Of a stretch of DNA of 21,017 nucleotides, positions 7,904 through 15,080 are shown piece by piece. Origin of the DNA: Candidatus Fervidifonticultor quintus. GTDB lineage: Bacteria; Sysuimicrobiota; Sysuimicrobiia; Sysuimicrobiales; Humicultoraceae. Under the pieces are notes generated by a model that was not told the origin of the DNA, did not search any database, and worked only from the letters and a program-made list of their open reading frames with translations. Both the position numbers and the translations under genes were made by a program. The stretch covers positions 1 through 21,017 of the forward strand of contig JAVKIJ010000056.1 in assembly GCA_031459535.1 (NCBI GenBank), in the 5' to 3' direction. Numbering within the stretch: the stretch's first letter is position 1; the number at the start of each line of letters is the position of its first letter.

Positions 7904-9358
7904 CTACGCGTCGTAGTACAGGTAGAACTCCGACGGGTGCGGCCGCAGCCGGATGTAGTCCACGTCCTTCTTCCGCTTCGTCTCCACGTAGGTCTCGATC
8001 AGGTCCTCGGTGAACACCCCGCCTTCCAGCAGAAACTTGTGGTCCTTCTCAAGCGCGTCCAGCGCTTCGGCCAGGGACCCCGGCACCTGTTTGATCCTGG
8101 CTGCCTTCGAGGGCGGCAGCTCGTAGAGGTCCACGTCCATCGGTTCACCGGGGTCGATCCGGTTCCTGATGCCATCCAGCCCGGCCATGAGCATCGCGGC
8201 GTTGGCCAGATAGGGGTTAGCGGTGGGATCCGGGGGCCGGTACTCGATGCGCACCGCCCTGGGGTTGGAGGAGTACATCGGGATGCGGACGGCGGCGCTG
8301 CGGTTGCGCTTGGAGTAGACCAGGTTCACCGGTGCCTCGAAGCCGGGCACCAGGCGGCGGTACGAGTTGGTGGTCGGCGCGCAGAACGCCAGCAGGGCCG
8401 GCGAGTGCCGCAGCAGGCCGCCGATGTAGTACCGGGCGATCTCGCTGAGATTCGCGTACCCCCTCGGGTCGTGGAACAAGTTGACGCCGTCCTTCCACAG
8501 ACTCTGGTGGGTGTGCATGCCGGAGCCGTTGTCCCCGAACAGCGGTTTGGGCATGAAGGTCGCAGTCTTGAAGTGCGAGCGGGCCAGCATCTTCACCAGG
8601 TACTTGTAGAGCTGCATCTGGTCGGCCATCCGGGTCAGGCTCCTAAACCGCATGTCGATCTCGCACTGGCCGGCGGTGGCGACCTCGTGGTGGTGCACCT
8701 CGACCTCGATGCCCGCCTCCTGCATCTTCAGCACCAGCTCACTGCGGAAGTCCTGCAGGCTGTCCGAGGGCGGGACCGGGAAGTAGCCTTCCTTAAACCG
8801 GGGCTTGAACCCCAGGTTGGGCTTCTCATCTCGGCCGGTGTTCCACGAGCCTTCACTGCTATCGACGAAGTAGAAGGCGTGGTTGGCGGTCTGATCGTAG
8901 CGCACGTCGTCGAAGACGAAGAACTCGGCCTCAGGCCCGAAGTACGCGGCGGTGGCGATGCCGCTGGCCCGCAGAAAGTCTTCAGCTTTCTGGGCGACGT
9001 ACCGGGGGTCGCGGGTATACCGGCTCCTGGTGATCGGGTCGTAGACATCGCACGTCAGCAGCATGGTCGGCACGCGGGCCAGGGGGTCTATAACCGCTGT
9101 CCCGGCATCGGCCAGGAGGATCATGTCGCTCTCGTGGATGTGCTGGAAGCCGCGGATGCTGCTCCCGTCGAACCCGATGCCCTCTTCAAAGAGGTCTGGG
9201 GTCAGTTCGCGGGCCGGGATCGAGAAGTGCTGCCACATCCCGAACAGATCGGTGAACCGGAGGTCCACAATCTGGACCCCGTGCGATCTGGCCATTTCGA
9301 TGGCCTGTTCGGGGGCCGCCGCGACATCCGCCGACGGCCGGTCGCCTACCATTGCCAT
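7904..9358 (-). CDS. glnA: Glutamine synthetase type I (GSI-beta)
   Basis: FDGSSIRGF, GPEAEFF, GYFPVPP, HHHEVATAGQCEI, PKPLFGDNGSGMHTHQS, NSYRRLVPGFEAP, RNRSAAVRIP, RIEYRPPDP, adenylylation loop DLYELPP, C-terminal RPHPSEFYLYYDA; GSI-beta insertion present. Start moved to ATG 9358 (GAGGAGG 8 nt upstream). Confidence 0.98.
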   Translation of the reverse strand: MAMVGDRPSADVAAAPEQAIEMARSHGVQIVDLRFTDLFGMWQHFSIPARELTPDLFEEGIGFDGSSIRGFQHIHESDMILLADAGTAVIDPLARVPTMLLTCDVYDPITRSRYTRDPRYVAQKAEDFLRASGIATAAYFGPEAEFFVFDDVRYDQTANHAFYFVDSSEGSWNTGRDEKPNLGFKPRFKEGYFPVPPSDSLQDFRSELVLKMQEAGIEVEVHHHEVATAGQCEIDMRFRSLTRMADQMQLYKYLVKMLARSHFKTATFMPKPLFGDNGSGMHTHQSLWKDGVNLFHDPRGYANLSEIARYYIGGLLRHSPALLAFCAPTTNSYRRLVPGFEAPVNLVYSKRNRSAAVRIPMYSSNPRAVRIEYRPPDPTANPYLANAAMLMAGLDGIRNRIDPGEPMDVDLYELPPSKAARIKQVPGSLAEALDALEKDHKFLLEGGVFTEDLIETYVETKRKKDVDYIRLRPHPSEFYLYYDA

Positions 9359-9407
9359 GTCCTGTCCCTCCTCACCCCCCGTGGTGATTGGGGGGAGATT
9401 CTCGTCC

Positions 9408-9443
9408 GGAAAAGCAGAAGGCGCCCACACCAGGGGCGCCTTC
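9408..9443 (-). terminator. Intrinsic terminator/attenuator inside the glnA 5' leader
   Basis: Minus-strand RNA GAAGGCGCCC-CUGGUGU-GGGCGCCUUC (perfect 10-bp stem, 9443-9417) followed by UGCUUUUCC, lying between the promoter and the glnA start. Confidence 0.8.
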
Positions 9444-9466
9444 GCCCGAAGTACGTCTCGGTACTT
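9434..9466 (-). promoter_or_regulatory. Dual hexaloop-hairpin RNA element (ANTAR-target-like antiterminator)
   Basis: P1 AAGUAC-CGAGAC-GUACUU (9466-9449) and P2 GGGC-GAAGGC-GCCC (9447-9434). Both have C-G closing pairs, 6-nt loops and G at loop position 4. P2 overlaps the terminator 5' arm. Confidence 0.65.
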
Positions 9467-9473
9467 GCCCGCT

Positions 9474-9502
9474 ACTATAGCAAGACGACTTCAGCCCGTC
9501 AA
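9474..9502 (-). promoter_or_regulatory. Sigma70-type promoter of glnA
   Basis: TTGACG (9502-9497), 17 nt, TATAGT (9479-9474) with an extended -10 TGn. Predicted +1 near 9466-9467. Confidence 0.85.
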
Positions 9503-9551
9503 CAGGGCTGCCAACAATGACGGGCGGCGGAACAGGCCGCTCGCCAGACGG

Positions 9552-11315
9552 TCACAGCGCCGCCTCGATCACCTCGACGGCCTCCTCAAGCGCCCACCGC
9601 ACCCAGTTGGCCCGACGCCGCAAGAGAACCTCCAGCAAGCGGGCTTCGTGGGTCGCCGGATCCAACGTCCCCAGTAGCGCCGACTGGGCCAGGGCCGGCA
9701 CCGGGGCGGTCACAGGGCCGGGATCGTGATCGAACGGCCCCCCCACGGTGTAGCCAACTGGGACCAGCAGACGCCCGAGCCGCATCACCGCGTCATTGAG
9801 GACCCGCAGCCGTCGCTCGTCACCTGCGGCCTCCGCCGCTGCCAACGCATCGTTCAATCCGGCAGCCGCGACCTCGAGGCGCTCGGCCGCGGCCACCTCG
9901 GTCGAGAGGTCCAGGCGGCCCCGAGCCGCAGCCTGGTAGCCGGCGAGCGCCCGGTGCAGTTCCCGGGCGGTCTGGGCGTAGTCCAGCGGCAGCGCCGGCT
10001 TGTTGACGAGCCTGTAGACCGCCGCCGTATAGATCTGCGTGTCCCGCACCAGCAACGCCTCGTCAATCTTGTCGGTGGTGTCCTCGGTGGTGTGCCACCA
10101 CCAGCCCAACCCCGCCGCGCGCCCGGCGGCGCCCTCGAACAGCGAGAGGCCCCGGGCGGTCTCGGGATTTGCCGCGTCCTGCTCGGAGAAGGTGCCGAAG
10201 AGCGAGGGTACTCCGATGCCGACAAACGACTGGTCGGCGAACCGACCAATGCGCCTGCCGCGGAGCTCCTGTCCTCCGATGGCGCGGACCAGGTCGGCCG
10301 CCAGGGCGATGGTCTCGGCCATGACCGGCGCGTCTTCGAGGACGGTGGCGCCGCGACCGCCCGTGGAGTCGGCGTTCACGTGGGCCACGCAGTGCCGGTA
10401 CAGGTCGTGCCAGAAGGTGTCGGCATACCAGGTCGAGCCGGCGAACCGTCCGTGGGAGTGTCCCGACCAGAACGCGATGCGGATGCAGCGGCGCCGGGGC
10501 CTGGCGGCCAGCACGCCCACGACCTCCAGCATGGTGGCGTTGGCCGACCCGTTGTCCATGGCGCCGTAGTGCCACGAGTCGAGATGGCTCGACAGCAGCA
10601 CGAACCGGTCGGGCTCGACCTGTCCGGGCAGATCGCCGACCAGGAGAGGAATCGTACGCCAGCCCGTCTGCACCTCGCCCCAGGCGCGCACCCGCACTGG
10701 CCCCCGGGCGAGCAACTCGCCAAGCCGCTGGCCGGCTGACCGGGTGACCGAGAAGCTTGGCGTCCTGGGGAGCAGGTCGACGGTCTGGGGCGTCGGTGGC
10801 CCCCACAGGGGCGACACGCTGGTCTCGTGGGTGCAGTCGCCGTGGACATAGATGTGGGCCACCGCGCCGTGCTGCTCGGCCAGTTGCGCCCGGGCACCCA
10901 GTGCCAGACCTTCCACCAGCGCGATCTTGCCCCGCACATCGGCCCGCGCGTACTCCTCCGGCGTGCCGCGCCCGACCGGCACCAGCTCGCCCTCGACGCC
11001 CCCGGGACCGGTGGGTGCCGCGAAGGCGTGGGTGATGCACGGAACTGGCTCATGGACCGGTTCCACGATCTCCATGCGCGCTGCACCCGGCAGGCTGATG
11101 AACGCATGGTGCTGGTAGAGGTGGGTGCTCAGCCCGAGCCCTCGGAGCACACCTTCCACATACTCGAACGCCCGCCGCTCGTCGGGCTCCCCAGACAACC
11201 GAACCCACTGCGCGATTCGTCGGGTGTATGCCATCAACCGGGCGCCCGAGACCGCCGCGACGGCCGCGGCTTCCCCCCGCGCCGGGTCCGGAAGGGCGGA
11301 GGGCACCGCGGTCAC
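9552..11315 (-). CDS. M28-family metallopeptidase with PA domain and helical C-terminal domain; atypical active site
   Basis: PA domain (GELVPVGRGTPEEY...DVRGKIALV), metal-ligand motifs SHLDSW, GAMDNGS, VNADS, WWHTTEDT. FWSGHSHGRFAGS replaces W-x-x-EE-x-G-x-x-GS. GTGA coupling with the upstream gene; no signal peptide. Confidence 0.88.
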   Translation of the reverse strand: MTAVPSALPDPARGEAAAVAAVSGARLMAYTRRIAQWVRLSGEPDERRAFEYVEGVLRGLGLSTHLYQHHAFISLPGAARMEIVEPVHEPVPCITHAFAAPTGPGGVEGELVPVGRGTPEEYARADVRGKIALVEGLALGARAQLAEQHGAVAHIYVHGDCTHETSVSPLWGPPTPQTVDLLPRTPSFSVTRSAGQRLGELLARGPVRVRAWGEVQTGWRTIPLLVGDLPGQVEPDRFVLLSSHLDSWHYGAMDNGSANATMLEVVGVLAARPRRRCIRIAFWSGHSHGRFAGSTWYADTFWHDLYRHCVAHVNADSTGGRGATVLEDAPVMAETIALAADLVRAIGGQELRGRRIGRFADQSFVGIGVPSLFGTFSEQDAANPETARGLSLFEGAAGRAAGLGWWWHTTEDTTDKIDEALLVRDTQIYTAAVYRLVNKPALPLDYAQTARELHRALAGYQAAARGRLDLSTEVAAAERLEVAAAGLNDALAAAEAAGDERRLRVLNDAVMRLGRLLVPVGYTVGGPFDHDPGPVTAPVPALAQSALLGTLDPATHEARLLEVLLRRRANWVRWALEEAVEVIEAAL

Positions 11316-11998
11316 CGGTTCACCCCCGCGATCAGCTTACGCTCCGCCATGGCCGCGAACTCCGCTGCGGTCATGACAAACCCCAGCGCCGCCTCGATCT
11401 CCATCAGCGCGAAGCGGTGGTAATCGGCGCCATTCATGGACCCGCACGCATCGGAGAGGACCACGACGCGGAAGTCGCGGCTGTGAGCGTCGTAGACCGT
11501 GGCCAGGACGCAGTTGTTGGTGTTGACCCCGCAGACGAAGAGCGTCTCCGCCCGCAGCCCGCGGAGGACGGTCTCCAGGTCGGTCCCGTAGAACCCGCTG
11601 TACCGGCGCTTGACGACCACGGGTTCATCGCGCTGCGGGGCCAGCTCCGGCAGGATCTCAGCGTAGACCGACCCCTCCACGTTCTTTCCACTCTGCCGGG
11701 GCCGGCCCATGCCGGGCACGATCTTGCCGGTCTGGTACTCCCAGAACGGATTGCGGTGGTCCACCAACCCCCAGGGCGACGATCGCCGGGAGCAGGTCGC
11801 CACGTGCACGACCGGCATGTGGACCCGCCGGGCAGTCTCCAGGCCGGTGCGCGCCGCGGCGACGATGCCAGCGATTACCGCCGGATCAACCGGATGGTAG
11901 GCGACCGCCGGATCCACATGGCGGCGCTGCATGTCTATCTGGATGTATGCGCTGGCGTCGAGCCTGACGGCATCTTCGACCTCAGCGGGAAGTGCCAC
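11312..11998 (-). CDS. Isochorismatase-family cysteine hydrolase
   Basis: Asp-Lys-Cys triad motifs IDMQ, VVKRRYSGFYGTDLETVLRGL, GVNTNNCVLATVYDA, VVVLSDAC. GAGGAGG SD before GTG 11998. Confidence 0.93.
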   Translation of the reverse strand: MALPAEVEDAVRLDASAYIQIDMQRRHVDPAVAYHPVDPAVIAGIVAAARTGLETARRVHMPVVHVATCSRRSSPWGLVDHRNPFWEYQTGKIVPGMGRPRQSGKNVEGSVYAEILPELAPQRDEPVVVKRRYSGFYGTDLETVLRGLRAETLFVCGVNTNNCVLATVYDAHSRDFRVVVLSDACGSMNGADYHRFALMEIEAALGFVMTAAEFAAMAERKLIAGVNR

Positions 11999-12016
11999 GA
12001 GATACGCCTCCTCTGT

Positions 12017-13228
12017 TCACGGGATCTGTTCTCGCTCGGGCAGGTAGAACGACCGGACCGGCGGGCTGTAGGGGCCAGCCCCCGTCTTCTGCGGTACCAG
12101 GACCATCCTGTTCAGGTCCCGGGGGAGCCTGCCGTCCAGCGCATCCCTCAACCAGTCGGCCAGGAAGGGGTAGATGTCCATCCCCGCGATCCCCTGCCGC
12201 CCGGTGATGCGGTGGAACTCGTTCTCGAACACCCAGAGTTCCCGCGGCCCGGCCAGCTCGTGCACGAACTGCAGCACGTCCTCGAGGTGGCAGAGCGGAT
12301 CGTACTCGCCGGTGACCACCAGCGTCGGGCAACTGATGCGCGCACCGTACCCCTCGGTGGTCATGCGGGCGGCCATCTCGTCGAACGCCGCCTCGTCCCG
12401 CATTCCGGCCATGTACATGAACATCTGCTTGAAGCGCGGCGACGCCTCCTCAAAGATGGCCCGTTTCGACCCGTACACGGCGTGGGTGGTCGCCAGGGCC
12501 CGCACGCGATCGTCCCGCGCGGCCAGCCGGGCGCCCCAGTGGGATCCGAAGCTGGTGCCGTAGACGCCCACGCGGCCGGCGTCCACCTCGGCCCGTCGAA
12601 CCAAGTAGTCGAGACAGGCCTGCGCCGCCCGCTCGTAGTTGTCGTCGGTCACCCAGATCTTGCGGAGGCTGCTGATCCCCTGGCCTGGTCCATCAATGGA
12701 CAGCACATGCATGCCTCGCTGCGCGAAGGCGTTGTCGAGGGGGTTGGGAAAGGCCTCTTTCGTCATATCCATGCCGGGGATGAACAGGATCGCCGGCGCG
12801 CGCGTGCGCCCCGGGAGCAGGTGCAGCAACCCCGCGATGGACCGGCCTTCCCAGGGGATCTCCACGGGCTCGATCGGGTAGTCCGCGAAGGCGATGACCT
12901 TCTCGTAGCACGCGAGCAGACGACCGTGCAGGAACACCTTCTCGGGATGGTCCTCGACGAAGATCGCGTGCTGGGCCTCTCGGTAGGTCTGCGCGGCGCG
13001 CCAGTACAGGGCCAGCGCAGTCCGCCGGTGTCCGGCGCGCTCGGCGGCCCGGGCGATGTCCTCCTCGTGGCGAGCCTTGCGGTAGAGGACCCGCGGGATC
13101 ATCCGGTAGCTCTTCACCTCGGGGGGCAGGTCCCGTTCGTCGTTGGCGAAGTTCTGCACCCGGCCCGTCTGCTTGACGAGCCAGTCCAGGATCCACTGCT
13201 GGTTGTCCCGCCGTCGCACGGTCTTCAT
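12017..13228 (-). CDS. Alpha/beta hydrolase (FrsA / 2,6-dihydroxypseudooxynicotine-hydrolase-like)
   Basis: Helical N-terminal region, then VEIPWEG, PGMDMTKE, DGPGQG, nucleophile elbow GTSFG, acid GEYDPL, His NEFH. AGGAG SD. Confidence 0.85.
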   Translation of the reverse strand: MKTVRRRDNQQWILDWLVKQTGRVQNFANDERDLPPEVKSYRMIPRVLYRKARHEEDIARAAERAGHRRTALALYWRAAQTYREAQHAIFVEDHPEKVFLHGRLLACYEKVIAFADYPIEPVEIPWEGRSIAGLLHLLPGRTRAPAILFIPGMDMTKEAFPNPLDNAFAQRGMHVLSIDGPGQGISSLRKIWVTDDNYERAAQACLDYLVRRAEVDAGRVGVYGTSFGSHWGARLAARDDRVRALATTHAVYGSKRAIFEEASPRFKQMFMYMAGMRDEAAFDEMAARMTTEGYGARISCPTLVVTGEYDPLCHLEDVLQFVHELAGPRELWVFENEFHRITGRQGIAGMDIYPFLADWLRDALDGRLPRDLNRMVLVPQKTGAGPYSPPVRSFYLPEREQIP

Positions 13229-13276
13229 CGGCCCACTCCTGCCGGTTCAGCCATCGAGCGCCTCGAACGGCGCGCG

Positions 13277-14167
13277 TCAGCGCCGCGTCGCACGGGGATC
13301 GAGCGCATCCCGCAGCCCGTCCCCGAACAGATTGAACCCCAGCACCACCAGCATCACGGCCAGCCCGGGATAGATCGCCACGTGGGGGGCTGTGCGCAGG
13401 TACGTGCGTCCGTCAGACAGCATGGCGCCCCACTCCGGAATCGGCGGCTGGGCGCCGAGCCCGAGAAAACCCAGGTAGGCCGCCGACAGAATGGCACCGG
13501 CTAGGTTGAGGGTAGACTGCACGATCACCGGCCCCACGGCATTGGGAAAGACGTGGCGCACCAGAATGCGCCCCTCGTGCAGACCCAGCGCCCGGGCCGC
13601 CTCCACGAACGTTTCCGCCCGCAGGCGGATGACTTCGCCCCGGATGAGCCGCGCATAGAGGGGCATCTGGGCCACGCCGATGGCAATCATCGCGTTGCGG
13701 ATGCCCGGACCGAACAGCGCGACGATGATGATGGCAATCAGGATGGCAGGAAACGACAGGAGGATGTCGATCAGCGTCATCAGGACGTGTCCGACCCATC
13801 CGCCGCGGTAGCCGGCAATCGCGCCGATGGGGAGACCGATGACCGCGGCCACACCCACGGCGATGATCCCGATGACCAGAGAGACCCGTCCGCCGTAGAT
13901 AATGCGGGACAGCAGGTCGCGGCCCTGCTGATCCATCCCCAGCCAGTGCTGGCTTGAGGGGCGCGCCAGCCGCAGCGAGAGGTTGGCGTCCGTGGGGCCG
14001 TAGGGCGCTGCAGCCGGGGCGAAGACCGCCAACAAGACGAAGACCAGCACGACCCCCAACCCGGCCTGGGCGCCCCGATGCCGGCGAAAGCGGCGCCACG
14101 CCCAAGACGTCCTGACCCGGAGAAGCGGACGGCCGGCCGCTGGGGTCTCGGCGGCTGCCTCACGCAT
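13277..14167 (-). CDS. Peptide/nickel ABC transporter permease (DppC-like)
   Basis: HWLGMDQQGRDLLSRIIYGGRVSL, FVEAARALG...HVFPN, LGFLGLGAQPP.PEWGAML, NLFGDGLRDALDPR. Confidence 0.95.
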   Translation of the reverse strand: MREAAAETPAAGRPLLRVRTSWAWRRFRRHRGAQAGLGVVLVFVLLAVFAPAAAPYGPTDANLSLRLARPSSQHWLGMDQQGRDLLSRIIYGGRVSLVIGIIAVGVAAVIGLPIGAIAGYRGGWVGHVLMTLIDILLSFPAILIAIIIVALFGPGIRNAMIAIGVAQMPLYARLIRGEVIRLRAETFVEAARALGLHEGRILVRHVFPNAVGPVIVQSTLNLAGAILSAAYLGFLGLGAQPPIPEWGAMLSDGRTYLRTAPHVAIYPGLAVMLVVLGFNLFGDGLRDALDPRATRR

Positions 14168-15080
14168 GGCGGATCCTGGGATCGAGGGCGGCGTAGGCCA
14201 CGTCCACCAGCATGTTGATCAGCACGAAGACCACCGCCAGCCAGAGCACGATGCCCTGGACCACCGGGTAGTCGCGCTTCGCGATGGCGGTCAGCAGGAA
14301 ACTTCCTAGGCCCGGCAGGCTGAAGACGGTCTCGGTGAGGATGGCGCCGCCCAGCATGCGGCCGAACTCCAGTCCCACGATGGTGACCACGGGAATCAGC
14401 GCGTTGCGCAGGGCGTGGACGACGGCGACGCGCGGGGTCGGCACGCCCTTCGCGTGCGCGGTGCGCACGTAGTCCTGCCTCAGCACGTCGAGCATGGCGG
14501 ACCGGGTCTGGCGCGCGATGATGCCCGCGGCGAAGAACCCCAGGCTCACCGCGGGCAGGATGAAGGCCTGCCAGCCCTCGGCGCCGCCGCTGGGCAGCCA
14601 TCCCAGCACGACCGCAAAGAGGAGGATCAGCAGCATACCCGACCAGAAGATGGGCGTGGAGACGCCCAGCATGGCCACCACCATGCTGCCGTAGTCCCAG
14701 AGCGTGTACACCCGCATCGCACCCAGCAGGCCGGCGGACAGGCCGATGACCAGCGCCACGGCCATGGCCGCAACGGCCAGCACCAGGGTGACCCGGAAAC
14801 GCTGGGCGATCTCCTCGCGGACCTCGAGGTCGCTCACGATGGACCGGCCGAGGTCACCGCGCACCAGGTTCCGCAGGAACACCCCGTACTGGACGGGCAG
14901 CGGCTGGTCCAGACCCCACTGGGCGCGGATGGACGCCACGGTCTCCGGCGTGGCGAAGTCGCCGGCCAGCAGCACCGCCGGGTCTCCCGGCACCGCCCGC
15001 AGCGCCAGGAAGATCAAGACGGTGACGGCCAGCAGGCTGGGGATCGCCAGCAGGAGCCGGCGGGCCAGGTATTGCTTCAT
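14160..15080 (-). CDS. Peptide/nickel ABC transporter permease (DppB-like)
   Basis: PGDPA, GLDQPLPVQY, GDLGRS, PIFW, QDYVRTAHAKG...HALRNALIP, TETVFSLPGLG, RDYPVVQG, LDPRIR. ATGA coupling. Confidence 0.95.
   Translation of the reverse strand: MKQYLARRLLLAIPSLLAVTVLIFLALRAVPGDPAVLLAGDFATPETVASIRAQWGLDQPLPVQYGVFLRNLVRGDLGRSIVSDLEVREEIAQRFRVTLVLAVAAMAVALVIGLSAGLLGAMRVYTLWDYGSMVVAMLGVSTPIFWSGMLLILLFAVVLGWLPSGGAEGWQAFILPAVSLGFFAAGIIARQTRSAMLDVLRQDYVRTAHAKGVPTPRVAVVHALRNALIPVVTIVGLEFGRMLGGAILTETVFSLPGLGSFLLTAIAKRDYPVVQGIVLWLAVVFVLINMLVDVAYAALDPRIRHA

Noticed and set aside
7841-7912. Short repeats (CTCACC, ACGCGTC) between vapC and glnA as a right-hand attachment site
   Set aside because: Only 6-7 bp matches, expected by chance at this GC content.
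7937-9520. 527-aa ORF antisense to glnA
   Set aside because: Shadow frame of a GC-biased gene; no recognisable motifs.
9359-9551. Sigma54 promoter, GlnR/TnrA box or glutamine (glnA-motif) riboswitch upstream of glnA
   Set aside because: No TGGCAC-N5-TTGC or TGTNA-N7-TNACA match was found by eye, and the leader is two simple hairpins plus a terminator rather than a three-way junction. An Rfam search would be needed to exclude the riboswitch formally.
12017-13228. Nicotine-degradation cluster
   Set aside because: Only family-level resemblance to the nicotine-pathway hydrolase; no molybdenum hydroxylase or flavin oxidase genes in the window.
11228-13504. 758-aa + strand ORF
   Set aside because: Antisense to several well-supported genes; Arg/Pro/Gly-rich with no domain signal.
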